A stretch of 64,000 bases of DNA, from positions 64,001 through 128,000 of the forward strand of contig CAWBHS010000049.1 of the NCBI GenBank assembly GCA_963788655.1, given 5' to 3'. This document shows, piece by piece, positions 53,480-63,581 of this stretch. A program made the translations under genes and the position numbers. The DNA is from an uncultured Verrucomicrobiae bacterium. GTDB taxonomy: Bacteria; Verrucomicrobiota; Verrucomicrobiia; Limisphaerales; JAFGQR01. Within the stretch, counting starts at the first letter, position 1. Each line of letters starts with the position of its first letter. The notes beneath the pieces were generated by a model. That model was not told where the DNA came from and ran no database searches. It worked only from the letters and a program-made list of their open reading frames with translations.

Positions 53480-53795
53480 TTGAGACGCGTCACCTCACCA
53501 CCCTTCTCCAGCCAGAAGAATTTCCGTCTCGCATGTCAGCGCCGGTGGTGCCAGCTTGGGCCCATGCAGAATTTTTCAAAGAAATCAAATAAGCCTGGGC
53601 TCAAGTCGGGAGCTCCGGAAAACCGCCAGGCTCGCTCCCAGCAATTATCGGATCAACGCCGCCGCGACTCGGCCACCCGGTCCACCTTGTCCCGGCTGCG
53701 CAATCGGAAATCACCCTTGAAATGACCGTTGCTTCCGGAAGGTCGCGGAATCATCCCACCATGGGCTTCCGGTGGATTACTGAACCAACCGCATC

Positions 53796-54794
53796 GTGAG
53801 CGACCTCGCCACCAGCCCCCTCCTGGATTGGGTTTTGCGTCAGCATCCCGAAACCTCGAAGAGCCAGGCCAAGAAATGGATTTTGTCGGGTCGGGTGAGC
53901 GTGAATGGCATCGTCCTCCGCAAGCCCCAGGAACGCCTTGCTGATCCGGGCGACACGTTGAAACTGCACGACCGCCATGTCGCCAATCTGGCGTGCGGAT
54001 CCGGGTGGCAGATCCAGACCCACGTGATGTTGCTTTACCTGGATGCGGCCTTCGCGATCGTCAACAAGGCGGCCGGCCTCATGTCGGTATCGACGCCGAA
54101 TTGCCCGTTTTCCGCCTTCAGCATCCTGGCCGACTTTCTTCTGGGCAAACTCAGGCCGCACGACCACCGCGGGGCTGACCGGTCTTTACCGCCCGCCTAT
54201 CGCCGGCTGGAACCCTGGCCGGTTCATCGGCTTGATCAAAACACCAGTGGCCTCTTTTGCATCGCCACCAACCCCGTCGCGCGCCAGCACCTCATCGAGC
54301 AATTGAAGACACACACCATGCGGCGAGAATATGTGGCCTTTGTGGATGGACGCGCGCCGGCGCCACAAGGCACCTGGCAGCATTGGCTGCAATTGAGCCA
54401 CAACCGAATGCGCCAACACGTCGTGTCTGCAAAGCAGGCTGGAAGCCTGGCGGAAGAAGCGATTACGCACTACGAGGTAATCACCGAGTATCCGCTGGCC
54501 AACGACCAAGGTTGCGTTACTCAACTGCGGCTTCGGCTTGAAACCGGTCGCAAGCACCAAATTCGGGTCCAAGCCGCCCACGTGGGACTTCCGTTGATCG
54601 GCGACTCGACGTACCATCCGGCCTATCGCGCTCAGGACAGCCGGATGCCGATTGATTTCGCGCGTCAAGCCTTGCACGCCGAGGTGCTCAGCCTCGAACA
54701 CCCCGACCAGCCTGGCACGCGAATGACCTGGACCGCCGAATGGCCCAAAGACCTTCGCCAACTGGAGCGCGTCTTGCGTTCCGCCCGGCGGTAG
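53796..54794 (+). CDS. RluA-family RNA pseudouridine synthase with S4 domain
   Basis: GRVSVNG, VNKAAG, VHRLDQNTSGL, LETGRKHQIRV, IGDSTY, QALHA. Confidence 0.93.
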   Translation: MSDLATSPLLDWVLRQHPETSKSQAKKWILSGRVSVNGIVLRKPQERLADPGDTLKLHDRHVANLACGSGWQIQTHVMLLYLDAAFAIVNKAAGLMSVSTPNCPFSAFSILADFLLGKLRPHDHRGADRSLPPAYRRLEPWPVHRLDQNTSGLFCIATNPVARQHLIEQLKTHTMRREYVAFVDGRAPAPQGTWQHWLQLSHNRMRQHVVSAKQAGSLAEEAITHYEVITEYPLANDQGCVTQLRLRLETGRKHQIRVQAAHVGLPLIGDSTYHPAYRAQDSRMPIDFARQALHAEVLSLEHPDQPGTRMTWTAEWPKDLRQLERVLRSARR

Positions 54795-54827
54795 AAACAG
54801 GCAAGCGTTTTCGTGGAAAGACCAGTC

Positions 54828-56717
54828 ATGAAGATCAAACCACATCAAGTATTGGCCACCTCCTGGAGAGCAGTGGTCGCCGGGCTGGCCACCGCAGCAA
54901 CCATCGCTTTGGCCCAAAGCAGCAAGGAACAGATCGTCGATCTGAGCCGGGTGCCGCAACTCCATGAAACCGCCGAACAGCACGATGTCCGGATGCAGTG
55001 GTTTCGGGACGCCAAGTTCGGCATGTTCATTCATTGGGGGCCATGCACCGTCGGGGACCGCGAGATTGGCTGGGGACGCCATGCGAACCGTCCCTGGGAC
55101 ATCAACGGCGTTCAGACCCCGCGCACGACCGACCCGGACTACGACAATTACTTCAAACGCTTCAACCCGGTGAACTATGACGCCGACGCCTGGGTGCGAC
55201 TCGCGCAGGAAGCCGGCATGAAGTACATGGTGCTCATCGCGAAGCACCACGACGGGTTCGCGCAATTCGACTCGAAGCTCACCGAGCACGACATCATGGC
55301 CTCACCCTACGGACGCGACATTGTGAAACAGTTCGTGGATGCCGGTCATCAGCACGGCATGAAGATCGGCCTCTACTACTCGACACGCGACTGGTTCCAC
55401 CCCGATTACCTCGTCGGCGACAACGCGAAATACGATGCCTTCTATCGCGGGCAGGTCGAGGAGTTGCTCAGCCACTACGGTAAAATCGACGTAATGTGGT
55501 TCGACCACGTCGGCGGGCGCGACTGGGGCAAATGGCGCTTCGACAAACTGTTTGCCATGCTGTATCGGCTTCAGCCTGGCGTCCTTGTGAACAACCGCGC
55601 CGCGCGTTTCTGCGGGCCGGCGTCGCCGGAAGATTGCGGCCCGGTCACACCGGAGATTCGCCGGATGACCGACGGCGACTTCGACACGCCCGAGCAGCAG
55701 ATCGGGGCGATGAACCTGAAGCGCGATTGGGAATCGTGCATGATCCTCTCGCCCACGCCCCAGGGCGACGGTTGGTCCTATCGCAGCACCGGCAAGACGC
55801 GCCCGCTGGACGAGTGCATCCGCATGTTGGCGAGCATCGCATCCGGTGGCGGGAACTTGCTGCTGAACTTCGGCCCGGACCAGTTCGGCGAATTCCGTCC
55901 GGAAGAAATCGCCATCGCGAAAGGCATGGGCGCCTGGCTGAAGCAATACGGCCCAGCCATCTACGGTACGCGCGGCGGCCCGTTCACCAATGGCAAATGG
56001 GGCGGCAGTACGCATCGCGGGAACACGGTTTATCTCCATGTCTTCGACTGGCCCGCTGACAAACTCCGGCTCGTCTCCCTGCCGCAGAAGATTACGAAAG
56101 CCCGCGTGCTGCCCGGCGGCGACGAAGTGGCCTTCACCCAAACCGCGCGTGGCCTGGACGTGACCGTACCCGAGGCTCAGCGCGACAACCCGGTCACAGT
56201 CATCGAACTCACGCTCGACCAACCTGTGCCGCGTGGCCAGCAAGTCGGCTCGGTGCGCTCGCGCTTTGAGGACGAGGTGACTTACGGGCGCATGGTGAGC
56301 GAAAACGCCACGTTCACGATGAGTTCGCCCAGCGTCCACGATCTGGCTGCCGATCACGCAAAACTCTTTCGCGGTGAAAAGTCGAATCGTGGTTTTGCCT
56401 TCCACACCGGCGACGAAATGAATCCCTGGGTGCAGATTGATCTCGGCCAAGTCGTCAAGGTCACTGGGCTCGTCATCGAGAATCGCCCCGGCGAGCGGCG
56501 CACCGATGGACTCACGCTTTCGGTGTCCGAGGACGGACAGCAATGGACAAAAGTCTGGGCCGCGCCGAAGTGGCAGCAGATCTGGGAAGTGTCCGTGACG
56601 ACGACTTCAGCCGGTGCCGCAGTGCCAGGACGCGCCGCCCGTTATCTCAAGTTGGAAACCAAACCCACCAAGCCCGCGCCGATGCTACTTCAGCGCGTGG
56701 AGGTTTACGGAAAGTAA
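54828..56717 (+). CDS. GH29 alpha-L-fucosidase with C-terminal F5/8-like domain
   Basis: WFRDAKFGMFIHWG, AKHHDGF, GLYYS..DW, MWFD, VNNR, GNLLLNFGP. Confidence 0.92.
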   Translation: MKIKPHQVLATSWRAVVAGLATAATIALAQSSKEQIVDLSRVPQLHETAEQHDVRMQWFRDAKFGMFIHWGPCTVGDREIGWGRHANRPWDINGVQTPRTTDPDYDNYFKRFNPVNYDADAWVRLAQEAGMKYMVLIAKHHDGFAQFDSKLTEHDIMASPYGRDIVKQFVDAGHQHGMKIGLYYSTRDWFHPDYLVGDNAKYDAFYRGQVEELLSHYGKIDVMWFDHVGGRDWGKWRFDKLFAMLYRLQPGVLVNNRAARFCGPASPEDCGPVTPEIRRMTDGDFDTPEQQIGAMNLKRDWESCMILSPTPQGDGWSYRSTGKTRPLDECIRMLASIASGGGNLLLNFGPDQFGEFRPEEIAIAKGMGAWLKQYGPAIYGTRGGPFTNGKWGGSTHRGNTVYLHVFDWPADKLRLVSLPQKITKARVLPGGDEVAFTQTARGLDVTVPEAQRDNPVTVIELTLDQPVPRGQQVGSVRSRFEDEVTYGRMVSENATFTMSSPSVHDLAADHAKLFRGEKSNRGFAFHTGDEMNPWVQIDLGQVVKVTGLVIENRPGERRTDGLTLSVSEDGQQWTKVWAAPKWQQIWEVSVTTTSAGAAVPGRAARYLKLETKPTKPAPMLLQRVEVYGK

Positions 56718-56718
56718 A

Positions 56719-59337
56719 ATGGTTCTGCTACCGAACCTCCATCACCGTGTGTCTCAAGTAGCCTCCGTGTTCCAGCAACGATCTCTGCCCTTAAAACTGG
56801 TCCCGGTCCTACTGATTCCCTGGCTGGTCTGCTTGGCAATGGCGGCGGAACCTGGGGCTCAACTCGAAAATTTTGAAGGCGGCTACCAGCCGGCGCAATG
56901 GACGTTTTCCAACGGCGCCGAGTTTCCGGGCGCCAAAGGGAGTTTCGCGCGAGTAACCGAGGCGGCCCATGAGGGGCAGTTCGGAGGGAAGTTGAATTTC
57001 GATTTCACCGACGGAGGAAATTACGTCGGTGCCAGCGTACGGATGCCGGAGCGCGGCCCAGGCGCATCGGGCGAATGGAACGGGCTGCGTCTTTGGCTGA
57101 AGCGGCCGGAGGGAAATGAGGTCGTCTTTCGTTATACCGACGCGGCCGGGCAGACGTTCCAGAAGCCGGTCGAGTGCCCCGCCGACCGCTGGGTGCGCGT
57201 CACGATCCCGTTCAGCGGATGGACGGTGCATTGGGGTGGGGCGAACGACGGCACGGTGCGCGGAAAGCCGCGGATCCTGTCCTTGAACATTGACCATGGC
57301 CTGCAGGCCACCGGGGCGTTGCTCTTTGACGACCTGTGGCTGGTGGACGCGCCGGAAATCGTCGCGCACGTGTCCTATCCGGCGTATCGCTTCGGACCCG
57401 GGGAGGGTTGGCACCTGCGCGCGGACGGCGACGGTGGCGCCACGCGGTTGGAGGGCCGGATGTGGACCGCCGATTTCTCGCGCGGCGCCCGATGGCTTTC
57501 CCTGGGAGTGCCCGACCAGGTGTTATTGGGCAATGTGGATAAGATCCGGCTGCGTGTGCGAGGCAATGCCAAGGGACACCCGGTCCGCCTGGTGATGCGC
57601 ACCCATTTCATGACCTTTCAAAAAACCATCGGAGAATTTTCCGGCGACGGCGAGCAGGAGTTGGTGACCGATGGGCCGCCGGGTCCGGGCTGGGAATGGC
57701 ACGGGGGCGAGAACGACGGCAAGATTCACGGTCCGTTGCGACTGAGTCAAATTGGGCTGGCAGCCGGGAGCAGCACCACACCGTGCATGCTGGAAATGCG
57801 CGAGCTGATTGTGGATGCATCCTGTCCGGAGGCGAAGCGAGCTGTGCTGCTAGCGGAAAGCCGTGGGGCAGGGGATGACTCCGGTTTTGCCGTGCAGGCG
57901 CGCGCCTTGAGCGATGAACCCCTCGCGGGCGAAGTTCAGTGGGTCTTGCGCGACTGGGACAGCAACGAAGTTGGACGAGGAAAGCGGGGGATCACTGTGC
58001 CGGCCAAGACTGCCCCGGTGGAATTCAAACTGCCTATCCAAGAGGCCGCCAGAGCGAAGCGAAACTTCCTGGAAGCCGAGTTTAACCTGGATATCCCTGG
58101 TCAGGAAGTGACTCCCGTGCGGGCGGCGTGGGTGGCGGCGCCGAACGAGATGCGGGATGCGACGCTGGAGCCGGAATCTCCTTTTGGGATGGGCGTGTAT
58201 CTCAACCGGTATGGCGGGGATGCCGCCGGATTGGCGCTGATGGAGCGAGCGGCGCAAATGGCGCGCGACGCGGGCGTCAAATGGTCGCGCGAAGATTTCT
58301 CCTGGGGTCGCATCGAGCGGCGGCGTGGCCAGTTTGACTGGACCTACTACGACAACCTGGTGGCTTGCGCCCGGCGCAATGGCATCACCGTTTATGCCAT
58401 CGTCGGTTATTGGACCGGTTGGACCAAGCCCTACACCCGGGAGGGCATCGCAGATTACGTCCGGTTTCTCCGGGTAATGGTTCAGCGCTACCAACGGGAG
58501 ATCAAGCAGTGGGAGATTTGGAATGAGCCGAACATTTTCTTCTGGGATGGGCCGAAGGATCTGTATGCCGAACTGTTGACCCGGAGCTATGCGGCCATCA
58601 AAGAAACCGATCCGGAAGCCCAGGTGCTGGGGATTTCGACGGCCGGCATCGACCATAAGTTCATCAGCCGGATGCTCGAACAGAAGGCTCCCTTCGACAT
58701 CCTGACCATCCATCCTTATCGCGCTCACTTGAACGATCTGGCCTTTATCAACGACCTGAAAAAGGTGTCCGACCTGGTGAAACTGCCGGACGGGAAGCGG
58801 CGGCCGGTCTGGCTCACGGAGATGGGCTGGCCGACCTACACCCCGCACAACACCTTGCGACAGGACTTCGCTCCCACCACCCTGCGCGCCCAGGCCGAAC
58901 TGATCGCCCGGAGCTACTTGTGCGCGATCGTCTCCGGGGTCGAGCCGCGGACCTTCTGGTACAACTTCCGAAACGACGGCAACGACCCGATCTACTTCGA
59001 GCACCAGATGGGTATTGTCTATAACGACTTCCGGCCGAAGCCAGCCTACCTCGCCTACGCGACGCTAACGCGCGTGCTCCGAGGCAAGCGGGCCGTCGAG
59101 CCCTTGTCCGCGCATCCCGGCGTGCTCGCCTTCAAGTTTAGCGATACCGCAGGAGGATCAGTTGAAACCATCGCCGTGTGGAGTCCACAGGCCGACGCGC
59201 GGGTGGAGATTCCTACTGCGGCGCAGCGGGTCACCCGCGTCAATGGCATGGGCGAGTCGACCGAACTCCAAGTCCCGGCCGGCAAAGTGCGCCTTGAGTT
59301 AAAGCGGGGCGCGCCGGTGTATTTGCTGTGTCCGTAA
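56719..59337 (+). CDS. GH-A clan glycoside hydrolase (GH39/GH5-like) with N-terminal carbohydrate-binding-like domains
   Basis: GVKWSREDFSW, WEIWNEPN, IHPY, WLTEMGW, FWYNFRNDG, PKPAYLAY. Confidence 0.82.
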   Translation: MVLLPNLHHRVSQVASVFQQRSLPLKLVPVLLIPWLVCLAMAAEPGAQLENFEGGYQPAQWTFSNGAEFPGAKGSFARVTEAAHEGQFGGKLNFDFTDGGNYVGASVRMPERGPGASGEWNGLRLWLKRPEGNEVVFRYTDAAGQTFQKPVECPADRWVRVTIPFSGWTVHWGGANDGTVRGKPRILSLNIDHGLQATGALLFDDLWLVDAPEIVAHVSYPAYRFGPGEGWHLRADGDGGATRLEGRMWTADFSRGARWLSLGVPDQVLLGNVDKIRLRVRGNAKGHPVRLVMRTHFMTFQKTIGEFSGDGEQELVTDGPPGPGWEWHGGENDGKIHGPLRLSQIGLAAGSSTTPCMLEMRELIVDASCPEAKRAVLLAESRGAGDDSGFAVQARALSDEPLAGEVQWVLRDWDSNEVGRGKRGITVPAKTAPVEFKLPIQEAARAKRNFLEAEFNLDIPGQEVTPVRAAWVAAPNEMRDATLEPESPFGMGVYLNRYGGDAAGLALMERAAQMARDAGVKWSREDFSWGRIERRRGQFDWTYYDNLVACARRNGITVYAIVGYWTGWTKPYTREGIADYVRFLRVMVQRYQREIKQWEIWNEPNIFFWDGPKDLYAELLTRSYAAIKETDPEAQVLGISTAGIDHKFISRMLEQKAPFDILTIHPYRAHLNDLAFINDLKKVSDLVKLPDGKRRPVWLTEMGWPTYTPHNTLRQDFAPTTLRAQAELIARSYLCAIVSGVEPRTFWYNFRNDGNDPIYFEHQMGIVYNDFRPKPAYLAYATLTRVLRGKRAVEPLSAHPGVLAFKFSDTAGGSVETIAVWSPQADARVEIPTAAQRVTRVNGMGESTELQVPAGKVRLELKRGAPVYLLCP

Positions 59338-59498
59338 TTTTGTGATACGGCGCACGATTCCTGACTCGTGGCGATGCAGACCACACCGTGGGGCGAAGCT
59401 CCGGCTGGAAACGGGTCAGAAACGGCTATTGGAAAATCGGCATGTGGCGCGGTTCCTGAGACGCGATTTCTCTCTGCGTGCAGCACAAAGCAGGACAC

Positions 59499-61274
59499 TT
59501 ATGCCGGCGGTCGGTTCAACTGATCAATCAGCCAGTCCAGTTGTTGGTGTGCCGTGGCAATCACGTTGCGGTAAGCGGCAAATGAGGTTTTCTTACCCGT
59601 GTATTCGTCTTGCAGTTTCGGGTCCACTTCGCCGCCTACGATGAGGATTTGGAGGCTCATTCCAAGTCTGCCAGTTAGCGTATCAGCGTATTTTTTGGCT
59701 TGTGACTCAGCGTCGCGCCCCACGCTGTCGGAAGGTCGCTTGAATTCAATCAACAGATGCTGTTTGAGTATGTTGCCGGCGAGGAACAGGTCGGGGCGGT
59801 CCTTGGCATCCGGGCCGTTGTAGTGTTGCTGGGTGTAGTCGCGGATAATGCTCTGCAATTGCTCGTTGCTGGCCATCAAAGTGTATTCGGGGCCGAAAAC
59901 CCAGAGGTTGTGCTGGAGGGCGCGGTGCATCTGTTGCTCGGAAGTCTTGTCATCGCCCGCAAGCCGGTAGAGGTAATCCAGGAATTCGATCCGCCGTTTG
60001 GCCTGTTGAGCAATGAAGGCCAGGTCACACAGTCCAAACTTCTCCAGCGCGTCGGCGAAATGGAACACGTCCACCTTCTCAGCTTCCTGGATTTCGCGGC
60101 ATACAGTCCAGTATTCGTCGAGTTCCATCGCATCAAGAACGAGGCTAACCAAGACGGTGATGCGTTCCTCTTTCTCACCCTCCTGATAGGAGCGCGAGAT
60201 GAGTTTGTTCAGGCGTTCCTCGATGATGCCGCGGCGGTGCTCTGGGACATTTTCCAGGCGCCGGTTCATCATCTGTACCCACCGGGCTTTGGCGAGGTTC
60301 ACTTCGTTGGTGTGCGTTTGCTCAAGGCTTTGCCGGACATCCGCCTGGATTGCGTTGACCAGATGCTCGAAGGATTTGTCGCTTTCAATCACATCGCCTC
60401 CGGCAGCGGTCAATTCCAGGCTATCTGGTGGAAGATTGATTTCGCCCACGATCCGGCGTTTGGAACGGTCGGAGAGCATTTCGTCGTGTTCGAGTCCAAA
60501 CAGGTGAGGGCGTCCGATGGATTTGCCGCCGACACGCAGGATGATGCCGGCCTTGCGGCCGGGCACGGGCTTCTCGGCAATGGTGTACGTAGCCACGGCG
60601 GTCTGGCCGTTCGGGAGCGGGATTTCCTTGGTAAAGGTTTCCCCTTGAATGTCGTGCCGGAAGACGCGTTCCCTGTTGACGAAGATCACGAAGTCTGTTT
60701 CCCGCCCATAATCGTAAGCCAGGATTTCACGAAGTTTGTCCACCTTGGGGAAGTTCAGGCTTTGATTCAGGTTGCGCAGGGTGACGATGGTGCCGTGTTC
60801 CTTGGCCGGGCAGGGTTGCACGTCCACGGGGAGCGGGACTTGTTCAAGGTCTTTGGCTGCGCTGAGGATGGCGCTCTTGGAGATGGTGAGTCGGGTGCCG
60901 GTGCCTTTCGCTTTGGTCTCGACTTCCATCGTTTCCGCGAGGATCAGGCCAGCGAACTTGCCTATTCCGCGCCTACCTTTGACGACGCGCTGGAGGTTGT
61001 GCGTGCGCTCGCCTTTTCGGCTGAAGCGGGGACTGGCGATGTTCAGGTATTCGGTGCGGAGTTCCTTTTCCTTCATCCCGCTGCCATTGTCGGTCACGAT
61101 GATGGGCGCATCGGAGAGGATGTCGGGCAAAGTCACTTGAACTTCGGTGGCTTCGGCGTCCCAGGCATTGTCAATGAGTTCGCGCAGGGCGCGCTCACTG
61201 GATGAGTAGCTTTCGCCCAGGATGGCTGTTAGGCGCGGATCAACGCGGAAGGAGGCGGTTTGGGTTATGGGCAT
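59499..61274 (-). CDS. GHKL (MORC/HATPase_c_3) ATPase fused to a PD-(D/E)xK nuclease-like domain
   Basis: RELIDNAWDA, DNGSGM, GRRGIGKFA, HGTIV; C-terminal HNLWVFG, DRPDL, LIEFKRP. Confidence 0.85.
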   Translation of the reverse strand: MPITQTASFRVDPRLTAILGESYSSSERALRELIDNAWDAEATEVQVTLPDILSDAPIIVTDNGSGMKEKELRTEYLNIASPRFSRKGERTHNLQRVVKGRRGIGKFAGLILAETMEVETKAKGTGTRLTISKSAILSAAKDLEQVPLPVDVQPCPAKEHGTIVTLRNLNQSLNFPKVDKLREILAYDYGRETDFVIFVNRERVFRHDIQGETFTKEIPLPNGQTAVATYTIAEKPVPGRKAGIILRVGGKSIGRPHLFGLEHDEMLSDRSKRRIVGEINLPPDSLELTAAGGDVIESDKSFEHLVNAIQADVRQSLEQTHTNEVNLAKARWVQMMNRRLENVPEHRRGIIEERLNKLISRSYQEGEKEERITVLVSLVLDAMELDEYWTVCREIQEAEKVDVFHFADALEKFGLCDLAFIAQQAKRRIEFLDYLYRLAGDDKTSEQQMHRALQHNLWVFGPEYTLMASNEQLQSIIRDYTQQHYNGPDAKDRPDLFLAGNILKQHLLIEFKRPSDSVGRDAESQAKKYADTLTGRLGMSLQILIVGGEVDPKLQDEYTGKKTSFAAYRNVIATAHQQLDWLIDQLNRPPA

Positions 61275-61439
61275 TGGGGGCTGCGGGTCGTTTGGCCAAA
61301 CTCTCCAAGCAAATCCTGATTGACGGTTTTCACGCAGCAGAGCGTAGCAGTCTGGCATTGGTTTTGGGAAGCACACATTCATCAGCCAGGCGCACCCTGA
61401 CCTTGGGAACCGGGCCGTGGCCACATTGGCAGGGATCCT

Positions 61440-61625
61440 CAATGACGTGGGAGCGGATGGAGCAAGCGCCTTTACTCTCTGCTCAGCTCCACCAACCCAT
61501 TCGAAGCCACCTTGGACGGAAATCCCCGGCCAAACCGCTGTGCCCGGCACCTGCAGAATAGATGCATTAACCGACACCAACAACGCCCCAACGAAATTCT
61601 ACCGCGTTGGGGTCGCCCCAGTTTC
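61440..61625 (+). pseudogene. Orphan C-terminal fragment of a secreted protein
   Basis: WTEIPGQTAVPGT..DALTDTNNAPTKFYRVGV. Confidence 0.7.
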
Positions 61626-61699
61626 CCTATCTGCCGCTAGAAGTGCCGCCTGCCCGGATAATGATGCAACACAGGCGGGCATCCCGTACGCAATCGAGA

Positions 61700-62077
61700 T
61701 CAAATGGAGCGCAGCTCAAGTTGGTCTTCCGAGTTCATGTTCAAGACTCGAATCGTCGTCCGGCCAACGGCCGTTTTGCCATGCAGATGGATGCCCCGCC
61801 ATTCGAAATGCTCGTCCCAGTGTTCACGCCTCGGATGAAATAAGTTGGTGACCTGATTTGTTTCAGGATCAATGCCGGTCAGATTCGGACCTTTGTGGAG
61901 ATTGCAGTCAATGCAGGCCAGGGCCAGGTTTTCCAAGTCCTCGGAACCCCCGTGAACCTTGCGCAAGATATGTTCGACATGGAGAGTGGCAAGCGGCGAA
62001 TCCGCTTGCTGAAGCTGACAATACTCGCATCGATTTCCGGCTCATTCCCGAACGCCGGCTCTGGTCCTGGCGTCCAC
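61700..62077 (-). pseudogene. HNH endonuclease (TA-type) with in-frame TGA at codon 12
   Basis: MDARTRAGVRE*AGNRCEYC…HVEHI…HGG..NLALACIDCNLHKG…LFHPR..W..HF…GRTT. Confidence 0.85.
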
Positions 62078-62080
62078 GGC

Positions 62081-62344
62081 TCAGGAGGGTGCGCCAACCA
62101 TCTGCCGGGCCAACCGCTGGAGAACAGCGATGAACTTGTTGGCCCGCACGTAGCCGTCGTACTCGGCGCGCTCATCCTCCGTGAGCTGGCCTTCGTTGGA
62201 TTTGTCGGCCAGTTCTTCGATTCGCCGCTGAAGCTCCGGGTCTGGCCTGAAACTCAGGACCGCTTGCGCCTTCTCGGGGAAGACAATCTGCACCACGGGA
62301 CGAATCCCGCGGCCAAAGGCAGCCATTTCCACTGTCGTCGGCAT
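62081..62344 (-). CDS. Small antitoxin-like partner of the HNH gene
   Basis: FRPDPELQRRIEELADKSNEGQLTEDERAEYDGYV; directly upstream of the HNH gene. Confidence 0.72.
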   Translation of the reverse strand: MPTTVEMAAFGRGIRPVVQIVFPEKAQAVLSFRPDPELQRRIEELADKSNEGQLTEDERAEYDGYVRANKFIAVLQRLARQMVGAPS

Positions 62345-62399
62345 GACACTACTTTACGGCAGGATGGCTGTTTGGGAAGTCAAAAAGCGTGCTTCTCAC

Positions 62400-62600
62400 T
62401 CACCTGTAACGATCCACTTTCAGACTTCCTCCAACCGCGTTTACTCCCTGTTCAGCAAGACCAGCGTATCCGAGGTCGACTGGACAGAAGTCCCCGGCCA
62501 AACCACCATCCCCGGCACGGGCGGCCTGGATGCCTTATCCGACACCAACCATGCCCCAGCCAAATACTACAAAGTCGGCGTCCGCGTCCCTGAACAATAA
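62400..62600 (+). pseudogene. Second orphan C-terminal fragment of a secreted protein
   Basis: FQTSSNRVYSL…WTEVPGQTTIPGTGGLDALSDTNHAPAKYYKVGVRVP. Confidence 0.7.
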
Positions 62601-62737
62601 TGACTTCTCTGGGAAGGGCTAAATTGGTACCCTGGCAAGCCAAATTTGTTGGCCGCACATTGGCTATCATAAACATTGAAAAGAAGCGCGCCGCAGGAGT
62701 TTTGTTCGCGCCGTCTCACTCCATCAGCCCCAGGGGC

Positions 62738-63089
62738 TCAGAGGGGCAGATAGCGCACCTGACCTTCCCACTCATCTGGCCAACTGCACTCCACAATCAA
62801 GAGAATGTCTTCCACTGCTTTCCTGATGGGTACTTCCCGGCTTACTTCGAATACTCCGGGCATGGGCAATCCCGCCTTCACACGCTCGTAGGCGTACTTG
62901 GTGATGGTCCGCACATCTTGCGATAACAGCACTCGGCTAGTATCTGCTTGCCCAAGCCAGCACGGTGGGATCGTCTGTGCCGGCCAAACCGGCGTCCTGC
63001 ACCCGCACCACGTCCAAGTCTGCTCGGCGCCACCGGAGTGCGCGCAGGATGTCGTTGTTGAAGTTCTCGTCCGCCGCCAACTTTGTCAT
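62738..63089 (-). CDS. DUF5615 PIN-like (VapC45-type) toxin; frameshift near 62948
   Basis: KLAADENFNNDI…RVQDAGL..DDPTVLAWA…LLSQDV..MPGV. Confidence 0.82.
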
Positions 63090-63430
63090 GACCGGGTGGA
63101 GGGCTGGGTAGAGCGACGGGCCAGGAGGCGTTCCCGAATTCCGGGTGATGGGTGTCGCCGCTCATTCTCCTGTCGCGTCACGGTCGCTTGCTCTCGGACA
63201 TTCTTCAGATAGCCCTCCACCTCCTCACGATGCCGCAGACAAAATCCCAGGGTGGCATATACATCGGCCAGTTCGAGTGTCGGGTACTGCTGGACGATCT
63301 CCTCCGCGGTGGCGCCTTCATGAAACGCGCCAACCACTGATTCCAGAGTTACTCGCGTGCCACCCACCCGAATCACGCCATCGGCATCTGTCGCCAGTGG
63401 CAATTTTTCAGTTTGTTCTGCAATCATCAT
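63086..63430 (-). CDS. DUF433 antitoxin
   Basis: RVGGTRVTLESVV..F..GATAEEI..QYPTLELADVY. Confidence 0.9.
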   Translation of the reverse strand: MMIAEQTEKLPLATDADGVIRVGGTRVTLESVVGAFHEGATAEEIVQQYPTLELADVYATLGFCLRHREEVEGYLKNVREQATVTRQENERRHPSPGIRERLLARRSTQPSTRS

Positions 63431-63581
63431 TGCCCGAGAACATACCTCTTCCACAGGTCCTGACAAGTCCGGCCTTCCCGTCAGGCTGCGGCGTTTAATT
63501 CGTATTCTTGATCACGACAATTCCTCTCCGATCTTCCCCTCGACAACAGGATTATTCACATGCAAAATCATTCAAGCCGAC

